A stretch of 64,000 bases of DNA, taken from Pseudomonadota bacterium. Lineage in GTDB: Bacteria; Pseudomonadota; Alphaproteobacteria; Rhizobiales; Aestuariivirgaceae. How positions within the stretch are numbered: the first letter of the stretch is position 1; each line of letters begins with the position of its first letter. Of the stretch, positions 50,154 to 59,766 are shown in pieces. Location: contig JAIUNJ010000009.1 in the NCBI GenBank assembly GCA_020161855.1, positions 47,644-111,643 on the forward strand, read 5' to 3'. The notes under the pieces are model-generated. The model made no database searches, was not told where the DNA came from, and saw only the letters and a program-made list of their open reading frames with translations. A program made the translations under genes and the position numbers.

Positions 50154-51353
50154 CTAAAGCGACTTCGGCAGGAATTTCCAAGCGACAAAGGCCATCACCA
50201 GTGCCGCAAAGGAGATGACAATGAATACAGCCGACGTCGGCGCGAAGCTGAGTACCAGGGAGAAGATGAAACCCGGGATGATCTCCGAAGACTCAAGGAA
50301 GGTCCGGTACACGCTGGTCATGCGCGAACGGTCGCGCGGGCGCACCGCGCGCATATAGGGGATCGCCCCCACACCATCGAGGCCGGAGGCCGCAAGCGCA
50401 CCGATCAGCAGGAAGGCAATGGTCCAGTAGGGTGTGTCGCCCCCGCTGATCCCGGCGGCAATGGTGGCCAGCGCCATCGATACAAAGCAGGCCGTGATCA
50501 CCGGGCGCACGCCTGTGCGAATGGCGACCCAGCCAAAGACCAGCGCCGAGGGCAGAATGATCTGGCTCGCAGAAACCACTATCCCGGCCGACGCCTTGCT
50601 GAGCCCGCTTTCGATCATCAGCAGCGGGCCATAAGTGAAAAGCCCTGACCAGAAGACGGATCGCATGAAGGCAATGAACCAGGCCAGACGCAGGCGCGGC
50701 TGCGAAAAGAAATACCAGGCATTGGCCAGCGGATTGAAGTTGGTCAGGTTGCCTTGCGGCAGGGTCACGGGATCGGCAAGCCGGAGGATCCAGAACACCG
50801 TCGCCAAGGTCACCGCCGCAGCCATCACGGCAATCTGCGGCGCCCAGTAGCCATATTCCTGATAGAGCCAGACGCCCAGCATCGGCCCAAGCGTCCAGGA
50901 GATGGTCGAACTGGAAAGCCGGATCGGCTCGCTGCGGGCGTAGTCGGCCCTGTTAATGTGGTCGAGAATATAGAGCGACAGCGCCACATTCATGATCGAA
51001 GCGCCGGTCTGCCGGAAATAGTAGCCGGCCACCTGCCCCGTGATCGTATGACTGGCCAGGAACAGCGCCGCCGCCAGCGAGCACGTGATGCCAAGGCTGT
51101 AGGCCCAGCGCCGCCGCATGTGGCCGAAGGCCAGCGGCAGCATGAGCGTGGTGATGAGGACGGCGAGCGCCACGCCCGTGGACAGCACGCTCACGTTGCG
51201 GCTCGATCCCAGCAGCTCATAGGCCTGAATCGGGATGACGCTGGCATTGAGCGCGCGAACGAAGGACTCGAGCGAGAAAATAGCCGCAAAGGTCCACGCC
51301 CCGGCCTTTCGGCCTTCGAAATTGGGGATGGCGGCGGAGATATCGGAGGGCAT
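50154..51353 (-). CDS. MFS transporter
   Basis: About 12 hydrophobic segments in 399 aa; substrate unknown. Confidence 0.75.
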   Translation of the reverse strand: MPSDISAAIPNFEGRKAGAWTFAAIFSLESFVRALNASVIPIQAYELLGSSRNVSVLSTGVALAVLITTLMLPLAFGHMRRRWAYSLGITCSLAAALFLASHTITGQVAGYYFRQTGASIMNVALSLYILDHINRADYARSEPIRLSSSTISWTLGPMLGVWLYQEYGYWAPQIAVMAAAVTLATVFWILRLADPVTLPQGNLTNFNPLANAWYFFSQPRLRLAWFIAFMRSVFWSGLFTYGPLLMIESGLSKASAGIVVSASQIILPSALVFGWVAIRTGVRPVITACFVSMALATIAAGISGGDTPYWTIAFLLIGALAASGLDGVGAIPYMRAVRPRDRSRMTSVYRTFLESSEIIPGFIFSLVLSFAPTSAVFIVISFAALVMAFVAWKFLPKSL

Positions 51354-51556
51354 TTGAGGGAAGATTCGCTACGCAGCTTCTCCCATATCTGCCTGGTATT
51401 TGACCACGCCCACCCGCCGCATTCCGGCTGATCCAGATATGCATGGGGGGCCTGTCATTGGCCCGTCGCTTGCCTTCCGAAAAAGATGCCTATATAGGCC
51501 CGGCCCGCCCCAAGAGGCCGCGAAGGCTCCTGAGGGAGCCAGTCAGAAAGAGTTAA

Positions 51557-54211
51557 ATGACTGTTGTTGTTGTAGAATCCGCCGCTAAGGCGAAGACCAT
51601 CAATAAGTATCTGGGCAAGGACTATACGGTCCTCGCCTCCTATGGTCATGTCCGCGACCTGCCCCCGAAGGACGGATCGGTGAAGCCCGATGAGGACTTT
51701 GCCATGTCCTGGGAAGTGGATTCCAAGGCGCAGAAGCGCGTTTCCGACATTGCCTCGGCCCTCAAGGGTGCCAACCGCCTGATCCTCGCCACCGACCCCG
51801 ACCGCGAAGGCGAAGCCATTTCCTGGCACCTGCTCGACGTGCTCGGCAAGAAGGGCCTGCTCAAGGGCAAGGAAGTGAAGCGCGTCGCCTTCAACGCCAT
51901 CACCAAGTCGGCGATCCTCGATGCCATGGCGCATCCGCGCGATGTCGACATGGCGCTGGTGGATGCCTACCTCGCCCGCCGCGCCCTTGACTATCTCGTC
52001 GGCTTTTCGATTTCGCCGGTGCTCTGGCGCAAGCTGCCGGGCGCACGCTCGGCCGGCCGCGTGCAGTCGGTGGCGCTCCGCCTCGTCTGCGACCGCGAAC
52101 TCGAGATCGAGGCCTTCCGGGCCCAGGAATACTGGACGATCGACGGCAAGTTCGTCACGCCGCAGGGCGCCGCCTTCGAGGCAAGTCTTGCGCAGGTCGA
52201 CGGCAAGCGGCTTGAAAAGCTGTCGCTCCCCAACGAGCAGGCAGCAACCGCAATACACACCGCGGTGAAGGGCCAGCCCTTCAACGTGGATACCATCGAG
52301 AGCAAGCCGGCGAAGCGCCATCCCTTCCCGCCCTTCCGGACCTCGACGCTGCAGCAGGAAGCCTCGCGAAAGCTCGGCTACTCCTCTTCGCGCACCATGC
52401 AGATCGCCCAGCGCCTCTATGAAGGTGTCGATATTGGCGGCGAGACGGTGGGCCTCATCACCTACATGCGTACCGACGGTGCCGACATGGCGCCCGAAGC
52501 CGTGGCCTCGTCGCGCAATGCCATCCTCAAGCACTTCGGCGAACCTTATCTGCCGTCCGTTCCGCGCCGCTACACCAGCAAGGCGAAGAACGCACAGGAA
52601 GCCCACGAGGCCATCCGCCCTACCGATCCCGGCCGCCATCCCGACTATGTGCGCCGCGCCCTCGATGCCGACCAGTTCGCCCTCTATGAACTGATCTGGA
52701 AGCGCACCATTGCAAGCCAGATGGAAAGCGCCGAGCTTGAGCGCACCACCGCCGACATCGGCACGACCGGCACCGACGGCAAGCACTACAGCTTCCGCGC
52801 CACCGGCTCGGTCGTGAAATTCGATGGCTTCCTGCGCATCTACAACGAAGACATCGATGACGGTGAAGACGAGGATTCACGCCGTCTCCCGCACATGTCG
52901 CGCGGCGACACCATCGGCGTTACGTCGATCACACCCAATCAACATTTTACCGAGCCGCCGCCGCGCTACTCGGAAGCTTCACTCACCAAGAAGCTGGAAG
53001 ATCTCGGCATCGGCCGCCCGTCGACCTATGCCTCGATCATGTCGACGCTGCGCGACCGCGGCTATGTCCGCATGGACAAGAAGCGCCTCATTCCGGAGGA
53101 CAAGGGCCGCATCGTGACGGCGTTCCTCGAGTCCTTCTTCAAGCGCTATGTCGAATATGACTTCACCGCCGATCTGGAAGAACAGCTCGACAAGGTCTCG
53201 GCCGGCGACATCGCCTACAAGCAGGTGCTGCGCGATTTCTGGGACAAGTTCACCGCCTCGATCGATGACGTGAAGGATTTGCGCGTCGCCCAGGTGATCG
53301 ACGCCCTCAACGACCTTCTCGCCCCGCACATCTTCCCGGCCAAGGCCGATGGCGGTGATGCCCGCGCCTGCCCCTCCTGTGGCAATGGCCAGCTTTCGTT
53401 GAAGCTCTCGAAGTATGGAACCTTCGTCGGCTGCACCAACTACCCGGATTGCAAATACACCCGCCAGATGACGATCCCGCTGGAAGGCGCGCCAGAAGCC
53501 GTGCCGGCTGAAGGAATCCCGCTTGGCACCGACCCGGAAACCGGCGCCACCGTGACCCGGCGCATCGGCCGCTTCGGGCCCTATCTGCAGCTGGGCGAGG
53601 CGACGGAAGAAGGCGAGAAGCCCAAGCGCGCTTCGATCCCCAAGGGCCGCGATCCTGCCGCCATCACCTTCGAGGAGGCCATGCGGTTGCTATCCCTGCC
53701 GCGCGAGGTGGGCCTGCATCCCGAGACCAAGACGCCGATCATTGCCAACAATGGCCGCTTCGGTCCCTTCATCCTCCATGATGGCACCTACGCCAACCTG
53801 AAGGATCCGGACGATGTCTACACCATTGGCTTGAACCGTGCCGTCGACCTCCTGCACGAGAAGCGCTCCAAGGGTCCGAGCAACCGGGCACGGCCCGGCG
53901 CGCTCCGCGATCTCGGGGCCCATCCCGATGGTGGCGGGAACATCTCCGTTATGGGCGGGCGCTACGGTGCCTATCTGAAATACGGCAAGATCAACGCCAC
54001 GCTGCCCAAGGATGTGACACCGGAATCGCTGACCGTCGATCAGGCAGTCGCCCTGATTGCAGAACGCGCCAGCAAGACCGGTGCGAAGCTCAAGCCGGTC
54101 AAGGCCGCCAAGACGGCAAAGAACGCTTCCAAGGCTCCGGCCGCAAAGAAAGCGGCCAAGAAGCCGGCAGCCCGTAAGGCCCCCGCGAAGAAGGTCGCGC
54201 CCGCGGCGTGA
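51557..54211 (+). CDS. topA: DNA topoisomerase I
   Basis: VVESAAKAKTI, ATDPDREGEAI, SAGRVQS, ITYMRTD, GIGRPSTY; Lys/Ala-rich tail. Confidence 0.97.
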   Translation: MTVVVVESAAKAKTINKYLGKDYTVLASYGHVRDLPPKDGSVKPDEDFAMSWEVDSKAQKRVSDIASALKGANRLILATDPDREGEAISWHLLDVLGKKGLLKGKEVKRVAFNAITKSAILDAMAHPRDVDMALVDAYLARRALDYLVGFSISPVLWRKLPGARSAGRVQSVALRLVCDRELEIEAFRAQEYWTIDGKFVTPQGAAFEASLAQVDGKRLEKLSLPNEQAATAIHTAVKGQPFNVDTIESKPAKRHPFPPFRTSTLQQEASRKLGYSSSRTMQIAQRLYEGVDIGGETVGLITYMRTDGADMAPEAVASSRNAILKHFGEPYLPSVPRRYTSKAKNAQEAHEAIRPTDPGRHPDYVRRALDADQFALYELIWKRTIASQMESAELERTTADIGTTGTDGKHYSFRATGSVVKFDGFLRIYNEDIDDGEDEDSRRLPHMSRGDTIGVTSITPNQHFTEPPPRYSEASLTKKLEDLGIGRPSTYASIMSTLRDRGYVRMDKKRLIPEDKGRIVTAFLESFFKRYVEYDFTADLEEQLDKVSAGDIAYKQVLRDFWDKFTASIDDVKDLRVAQVIDALNDLLAPHIFPAKADGGDARACPSCGNGQLSLKLSKYGTFVGCTNYPDCKYTRQMTIPLEGAPEAVPAEGIPLGTDPETGATVTRRIGRFGPYLQLGEATEEGEKPKRASIPKGRDPAAITFEEAMRLLSLPREVGLHPETKTPIIANNGRFGPFILHDGTYANLKDPDDVYTIGLNRAVDLLHEKRSKGPSNRARPGALRDLGAHPDGGGNISVMGGRYGAYLKYGKINATLPKDVTPESLTVDQAVALIAERASKTGAKLKPVKAAKTAKNASKAPAAKKAAKKPAARKAPAKKVAPAA

Positions 54212-56466
54212 GAAAGCCGCGCAAGAGCAAAGCCACTCGCAAGCCCACAGGCTCGGGGCTGCCGTCGGAAGCTGAACTTCTCGACTTCATCGCGTCCTCG
54301 CCCGGCGTCATTGGCAAGCGGGAGATAGCTCGCGCCTTTGGTCTGAAAGGCCAAAACAAGATTGGCCTCAAGACCTTACTCAAGGAACTTGAGGAAAAGG
54401 GTACACTCTCCCGCAAGGGCCGAAAGGTTGCGAGCACGGCGGGCCTGCCGCCCGTCACAGTTCTCGAAGTCGATGGTATCGACGAAGATGGCCATGCCTT
54501 CGGCATCCCCGTCGAGTGGGATCAGGAAGCCAACGGCGAGGCGCCACGGATCCGCATCCGGCACGAGCATGGTGGACAGGCGGCCCCTGGTCCCGGAGAT
54601 CGCGTGCTGGTCCGCATCGAGGCACTGCCGGGTGGCGAGACTTACGCCTACGAGGGCCGGGTCATGCGGCCCCTGTCGCGCGATGCCCTGCGGGTTGTCG
54701 GCATCTTCCGCCGCAGCCCCGGTGGACAAGGCCGCATCATCCCGTCAGGCAAGAAGGACCGCTACGATTATCATGTGCCTCACGGCGATGATGGCGGTGC
54801 CGAGGACGGCGAACTGGTTGCAGCCGAAGTGACCCGCCCGGCAGCCCGTGGGCTGCCGCAAGCCCGCATACGGAACCGGCTTGGCGACGCCGCGGACCCG
54901 CGCAACACCTCCCTCATTGCCATCTTCACACACGGCATTCCCGACCGTTTCCCCGACTCGGTCGAAGAGGAGACGCGCAAGCTCCGGCCCTTCAGCCACG
55001 AGGGCCGCGAGGACCTTCGCCATCTGCCGCTTCTGACCATCGATCCCCGCGACGCCCGCGATCACGACGATGCGGTCTGGGCCGTGGCTGACGACGATGC
55101 AAGGAACCCGGGGGGCTACGAGGTGATTGTCGCCATCGCAGACGTAGCCGCCTATGTGCGGCCTGGGACAGCGCTCGACCGGGAAGCCCGCAAGCGCGGC
55201 AACTCGGTGTACTTCCCCGATCGCGTCGTGCCGATGCTGCCGGAGCGCATCTCCAATGACCTCTGCTCCCTGCGCGAAGGCGAGGACCGCCCGGCGCTGG
55301 CCTGCCACATGATTTTCGATGCGCGGGGCAAGAAGCTGTCACACCGCTTCACCCGCGCCATCATGCGCTCCGCCGCCAAACTCGCCTACGAGGACGCGCA
55401 GGCAGCGATCGACGGCAAAGGCTCGCCCAAGGCCCGCGACCTGCTGGAGCCCGCCCTGAAGCCGCTCTGGGACGCCTATGCCGCTCTCAGCCGCGGCCGC
55501 GAGAAGCGCAACCCGCTGGAACTCGATCTGCCCGAAAAGCGGGTCGTCCTCGACGACAAGGGCAATGTGACGGGCGTGATCGTGCCGCCCAGGCTCGATG
55601 CCCATCGCCTGATCGAGGAGTTCATGATCCAGGCGAACGTCGCCGCCGCCGAACAACTGATCAAGGCAAGAACGCCCCTGCTCTTCCGCGTCCATGAGGA
55701 GCCTTCGCAGGAAAAGCTCCGCGCCCTCGCGGATTTCCTCAAAACCGTGCAGATCTCTTTCGCGCTGGGCGAGGTGGTGCGCTCGAGCCACTTCAACCGC
55801 GTGCTTGAGGCCGCAGCGGGAACACCACACGAGCGGCTGGTGCACGAGGTGGTCCTGCGCTCGCAGGCGCAGGCCGTGTACAGCCCCGACAATGCCGGCC
55901 ACTTCGGGCTGTCACTCGCCAACTATGCCCACTTCACCTCGCCCATCCGCCGCTATGCCGACCTCATCGTCCACCGCGCGTTGATCACCGCGTTGAAGCT
56001 GGGCAGCGACGGCCTGTCGCCGCAGGACATATCGGACCTGAAGGAAACCGCCGAGCTGATCTCGGCCGCCGAGCGCCGCGCCATGATTGCCGAACGCGAA
56101 ACGGTGGACCGCCTGATCGCCGCGCATCTTTCAACGAAGCTTGGCACCACCTTCCGCGCCCGCATCAGCGGCGTGGTCGGTGCCGGGCTTTTCGTGACAC
56201 TCGATGACACAGGCGCTGATGGCTTCGTGCCCGTCTCGACCCTTGGCCGCAGCTTCTATGTGCTCGATGACATCCGCCACGCACTTGTCTCTTCGGAGAC
56301 CGGGGAAACCTATCAGCTTGGCGACACTGTCGATGTGAAGCTCGCTGAAGTGGCCCCTGTCCGGGGTGGGCTGCGATTCGAGATGGAATCGGATGGCAAG
56401 AAAGGCCCGAAGCCGCCACGCGTTGGCCGCCACCGGGTGCGCCGACCGAACCGCCCGCGCCGCTAG
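54208..56466 (+). CDS. rnr: Ribonuclease R
   Basis: TIDPRDARDHDDA, HFTSPIRRYADLIVHR, S1 domain. Confidence 0.96.
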   Translation: MRKPRKSKATRKPTGSGLPSEAELLDFIASSPGVIGKREIARAFGLKGQNKIGLKTLLKELEEKGTLSRKGRKVASTAGLPPVTVLEVDGIDEDGHAFGIPVEWDQEANGEAPRIRIRHEHGGQAAPGPGDRVLVRIEALPGGETYAYEGRVMRPLSRDALRVVGIFRRSPGGQGRIIPSGKKDRYDYHVPHGDDGGAEDGELVAAEVTRPAARGLPQARIRNRLGDAADPRNTSLIAIFTHGIPDRFPDSVEEETRKLRPFSHEGREDLRHLPLLTIDPRDARDHDDAVWAVADDDARNPGGYEVIVAIADVAAYVRPGTALDREARKRGNSVYFPDRVVPMLPERISNDLCSLREGEDRPALACHMIFDARGKKLSHRFTRAIMRSAAKLAYEDAQAAIDGKGSPKARDLLEPALKPLWDAYAALSRGREKRNPLELDLPEKRVVLDDKGNVTGVIVPPRLDAHRLIEEFMIQANVAAAEQLIKARTPLLFRVHEEPSQEKLRALADFLKTVQISFALGEVVRSSHFNRVLEAAAGTPHERLVHEVVLRSQAQAVYSPDNAGHFGLSLANYAHFTSPIRRYADLIVHRALITALKLGSDGLSPQDISDLKETAELISAAERRAMIAERETVDRLIAAHLSTKLGTTFRARISGVVGAGLFVTLDDTGADGFVPVSTLGRSFYVLDDIRHALVSSETGETYQLGDTVDVKLAEVAPVRGGLRFEMESDGKKGPKPPRVGRHRVRRPNRPRR

Positions 56467-56538
56467 CGGCCCCGGCTTGCGTCCTGTTGCCGCTGCGACC
56501 AATCCCGGCGTTCACGGCGTCTCGGAGATGCCTCACAG

Positions 56539-56937
56539 ATGAGCGCCATGGAATTGCAGTATGACGAGAGGAGCTGGAAACAGGCGCTGGTGCGCGGCGC
56601 CATGAAGCGCTGCCCGGCCTGCGGCCAGGGCCGTCTTTTCAGCGGTTTCCTCACCACCAACAACGCCTGCGCGCATTGCGGCACCGAACTGCATCATCAC
56701 CGCGCCGACGATGCGCCACCCTATTTCACCATGTTCATCGTCGGCCACATTGTGGTGCCGGGCCTGCTCGTGGTCGAAAAACTGTGGCACCCGGAACTCT
56801 GGATTCACTTCTCGATCTGGCTTCCGCTGACACTGTTCCTCAGCCTCTGGCTGCTGCCGCATGTCAAGGGCGCCCTCATCGGCCTGCAATGGGCCTTCCG
56901 CATGCACGGCTTTTCCGGAACGGCCGACCATCCTTGA
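56539..56937 (+). CDS. DUF983 Zn-ribbon membrane protein
   Basis: RCPACGQGRLF, CAHCG, RADDAPPY, KGALIGLQW. Confidence 0.85.
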   Translation: MSAMELQYDERSWKQALVRGAMKRCPACGQGRLFSGFLTTNNACAHCGTELHHHRADDAPPYFTMFIVGHIVVPGLLVVEKLWHPELWIHFSIWLPLTLFLSLWLLPHVKGALIGLQWAFRMHGFSGTADHP

Positions 56938-56991
56938 CTTTGCGGGCCTTTTCAGGTCTATCCCGGCCAAATCCCGCATTCGGAGAGCATT

Positions 56992-57159
56992 ATGGCCAAG
57001 GGCACAGTCATCAAGATCAAGTTGGCGTCAACCGCCGACACCGGTTACTTCTACGTGACGAAAAAGAACTCGCGCACGAAGACCGACAAGTTTTCCATGA
57101 AGAAGTATGATCCCGTCGCGCGCAAGCACGTCGAGTTCAAGGAAACCAAGATCAAGTAA
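56992..57159 (+). CDS. rpmG: 50S ribosomal protein L33 (Cys-free form); not in the ORF track
   Basis: Hand translation: [55 protein letters not shown]. Confidence 0.96.
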   Translation: MAKGTVIKIKLASTADTGYFYVTKKNSRTKTDKFSMKKYDPVARKHVEFKETKIK

Positions 57160-57183
57160 CTGGCCTTCCAGGCTAGGCATGAG

Positions 57184-57207
57184 GGCGCCGCTTCGACGGC
57201 GCCTTTT
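57184..57207 (+). terminator. rpmG terminator
   Basis: GGCGCCG-CTTCGA-CGGCGCC-TTTT. Confidence 0.75.
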
Positions 57208-57225
57208 GCATTTTGAGGGAAAGGT

Positions 57226-57392
57226 GCCGGTCCAGGCTTGTCGGAATCGAGGAGGCCACTCAATTCACGCCCGGACCGGCGGACCCGTGATCTCAGGAGA
57301 TGCGGCGGGCCTGAGATCGCCAGGCCATTGATATGCAGCACAAGGGCTGCCGAAACTCAGACGCGGCAGGGGAATTACCGAAGCACCCTGCC
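57226..57392 (-). ncRNA. Candidate structured small RNA
   Basis: Four adjacent hairpins with no credible ORF; a G-U pair forms only on the minus strand; CCUCCU in a loop. Confidence 0.3.
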
Positions 57393-57554
57393 CTCATGCC
57401 GGATAGGGCAATGGTGATCGCCGCCTCCAGCCTGTTGCCTAAAATTCTATGAAAATTGCGCCCCGACGGCCAGCATAACCTATGGTAAATGCAGGACATT
57501 CAGCTGGTAAGCTGAATCGTTAGGGTAAAACGGTGTGGCTAACGCCGGCCCTGT

Positions 57555-58031
57555 TCAGCGCTTGCGGATGGCAAGCCACTCATTGATGGCACGTGAAGCG
57601 TCACCGGCGACCCGGCCGCTTTTAAACAGGGCCGAAACCGGCAGACGGCTACCATCCGACCATTCGAGCACAACGCGCTCCGTGGGCTTGTCGAACGCCT
57701 TCTCCGCCGGCCGTGCCTCAAGGCGGGCGCCGGTGAGACCCGCCAGCGGCCGAATGGTTTTCCTGCGCCCAAGAACCGAAACACTGCCGATCGAGACCTG
57801 CCCCGCCGGTCCGTCGAAGATAGCGCTCTCATGCCGGACAAAGACGGCGCCCACCACAGCCAGCATCAGCGCCACGAGGCCGAGTAAAGCCGCCTGCTTC
57901 AGATCTCCCGAGAGCAGCGCACGAAAGGCAACAGCAATGAAGACGGCGAGAAAGGCGCCAACGATGATGCCCATCATCCAGGCGCTGCCTCCCAACTCCA
58001 GACGCTCTGCAGTGTTCTTCACAACGCGCAT
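57555..58031 (-). CDS. Hypothetical membrane protein (two N-terminal TM helices plus soluble domain)
   Basis: GGGAG RBS; two hydrophobic segments; downstream of scpB. Confidence 0.6.
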   Translation of the reverse strand: MRVVKNTAERLELGGSAWMMGIIVGAFLAVFIAVAFRALLSGDLKQAALLGLVALMLAVVGAVFVRHESAIFDGPAGQVSIGSVSVLGRRKTIRPLAGLTGARLEARPAEKAFDKPTERVVLEWSDGSRLPVSALFKSGRVAGDASRAINEWLAIRKR

Positions 58032-58088
58032 CAGATCTCCCGTTCGTGGGCCTGGCTGAGGCGCGCCTGGCGCGCGGCTGCGGACGTG

Positions 58089-58850
58089 CTAGCCGTTTCC
58101 TTCGGGCTCGCCTTCCGGCAGGTGCATCTCGAGCGGAATCTGCTCCGAGCCGTCGAGCGGATCTTCTTCCGGCGTGAGGTCATCGGACATCTTCGGCACA
58201 GGCACGTCAAAGCCCGGTGGCACATTGGCATCGAGCAGGCCTGCGGCCTTGAGCTCCTGCAGGCCTGGAAGATCGGTGATCTCATTGAGACCGAACTGCT
58301 GCAGGAAGGCTTCCGTCGTGCCGTAGGTAACGGGGCGCCCCGGCGTCTTGCGGCGGCCGCGCATCTTCACCCAGCCGATCTCGAGCAGATTGTCGAGCGT
58401 GCCCCTGGAAATGGCGACACCGCGGATGTCCTCGATCTCGGCGCGGGTGACAGGCTGGTGATAGGCGACGATCGCCAGCGTCTCGAGTGCTGCCTTGGAG
58501 AGCTTCTTCTGCTCGGTCATCTCCTTGCGGAGAACGAAGCCCATGTCATCCGCAGTGCGGAACATGTACTTGCCGGCAAGCTGCACAAGATTGACGCCAC
58601 GGTTGGCGTAGTTGTCGCGCAGGTCACCGAGGAGCGCGTCGATATCCGCCGACTCCGGCAGATGCTCCTTCAATTGCTCCGCACTGACCGGCTCCGTCGC
58701 CGCGAAGAGAATGGCCTCGAGAATGCGCAGGTGCAGGCTTCTCTCCGCATGGGGATGCATGGTGACAACCGCGCTCTCGACGGTGACGGTGATGTCACCG
58801 TCCTCTTCCGTGGTTTCAGTGATGGAAATGGCAGTCGAAGATGCAGTCAC
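58089..58850 (-). CDS. scpB: Segregation and condensation protein B
   Basis: LEAILFAA, LSKAALETLAIVAYHQPVTRAEIE.IRGV, GRP..YGTT..FL..FGL. Confidence 0.95.
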   Translation of the reverse strand: MTASSTAISITETTEEDGDITVTVESAVVTMHPHAERSLHLRILEAILFAATEPVSAEQLKEHLPESADIDALLGDLRDNYANRGVNLVQLAGKYMFRTADDMGFVLRKEMTEQKKLSKAALETLAIVAYHQPVTRAEIEDIRGVAISRGTLDNLLEIGWVKMRGRRKTPGRPVTYGTTEAFLQQFGLNEITDLPGLQELKAAGLLDANVPPGFDVPVPKMSDDLTPEEDPLDGSEQIPLEMHLPEGEPEGNG

Positions 58851-58869
58851 GTTCGGGTTCCGTCAATAA

Positions 58870-59691
58870 TCAGGCCGCAGCGGTGCGGCGGCGCAGGTAA
58901 AGGGGTTTGAAGGCATCGTCCTGGCGGATTTCCAGCACGCCCTCGCGTACGAGCTCAAGGCTCGCTGTAAAGCTTGAGGCGCGCACCGAGCGGCGCAGTT
59001 CAGGCGTTGCCAGATATTTTTCCAGCCAGCCATCGAAGACGCCCCAGTCGTCCATGCGGCCCACAAGGCGCTCCAGCGTCTCACGGGCTTCCTTGATCGA
59101 CCAGACCGGCTGCCGCTTGATGGTGTAGGTCTGGCGGACCATTTTGCGGGCGCGCCGCTCGGCATAGGCCTTGAGAAGATCGATGAGCGTGTCGGAGTAC
59201 TCACGCTGCTTCTCGATCACGAGTGGCTCAGGGGCGCCCCGGAAGAGAACGTCCCGTCCGAGCTGCGGGCGCGCCAGAAGGGCCGCCGCCTGTTCGCGCA
59301 TCGCCTGAAGGCGTTGCAGCCGGAAGGCCAGGCGGGCCGCCATGTCCTGCGGCGTGGCCTCGCCTTCCTTCGGCGGCGTGGGAATGAGAAGACGCGACTT
59401 GAGATAGGCAAGCCATGCCGCCATCACCAGATAGTCTGCAGCCACTTCGAGGCGCCGCGTACGGGCCTGCTCGACATAGGCAATGAACTGGTCAGCAAGA
59501 GCGAGAATTGAAATCTGCGCGAGGTCGACCTTGTGCTGGCGCGCGAGATCAAGCAGCAGGTCAAGCGGGCCTTCGAAGCCTGCCACATCGACGATCAGCG
59601 TTTCGTCCATGGCCTGTCCGGCGCGGCGCGGATCGCTGCCGCCATCGGGCCAATCAGTGCTGGCAACGGCCGGTTGGGATGATTCAGACAT
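58870..59691 (-). CDS. scpA: Segregation and condensation protein A
   Basis: FEGPLDLLL.LAR, AADYLVMAAWLAYLKSRLL, F.A.LELVREG. Confidence 0.95.
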   Translation of the reverse strand: MSESSQPAVASTDWPDGGSDPRRAGQAMDETLIVDVAGFEGPLDLLLDLARQHKVDLAQISILALADQFIAYVEQARTRRLEVAADYLVMAAWLAYLKSRLLIPTPPKEGEATPQDMAARLAFRLQRLQAMREQAAALLARPQLGRDVLFRGAPEPLVIEKQREYSDTLIDLLKAYAERRARKMVRQTYTIKRQPVWSIKEARETLERLVGRMDDWGVFDGWLEKYLATPELRRSVRASSFTASLELVREGVLEIRQDDAFKPLYLRRRTAAA

Positions 59692-59766
59692 GATGTTCTT
59701 CTAGCTGTTCAGCCGCGCCCTGCCCATCCTGAAGGCTTGGCTATCAACGGCAAAAATGCGGCCAAC

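Noticed and set aside
51458-51473. Sigma54-like TTGGCCCGTCGCTTGC upstream of topA
   Set aside because: Spacing fits -24/-12, but it overlaps a plausible sigma70 promoter (TTGCCT-N17-TATAGG) and sigma54 control of topA is unlikely; such matches are frequent in GC-rich DNA
54061-54211. Repetitive AAKK/PAAKK tract at the end of topA
   Set aside because: Ordinary Lys/Ala-rich C-terminal tail of alphaproteobacterial TopA, not a DNA repeat element
57051-57499. Small ORFs 57051-57341, 57107-57331 and 57293-57499
   Set aside because: The first two overlap rpmG or its terminator; none has a convincing RBS or recognisable family
58031-58285. Possible frameshifted C-terminal extension of scpB
   Set aside because: ScpB is complete with an acidic tail and its own stop at 58089; the other frame is not homologous to anything I recognise
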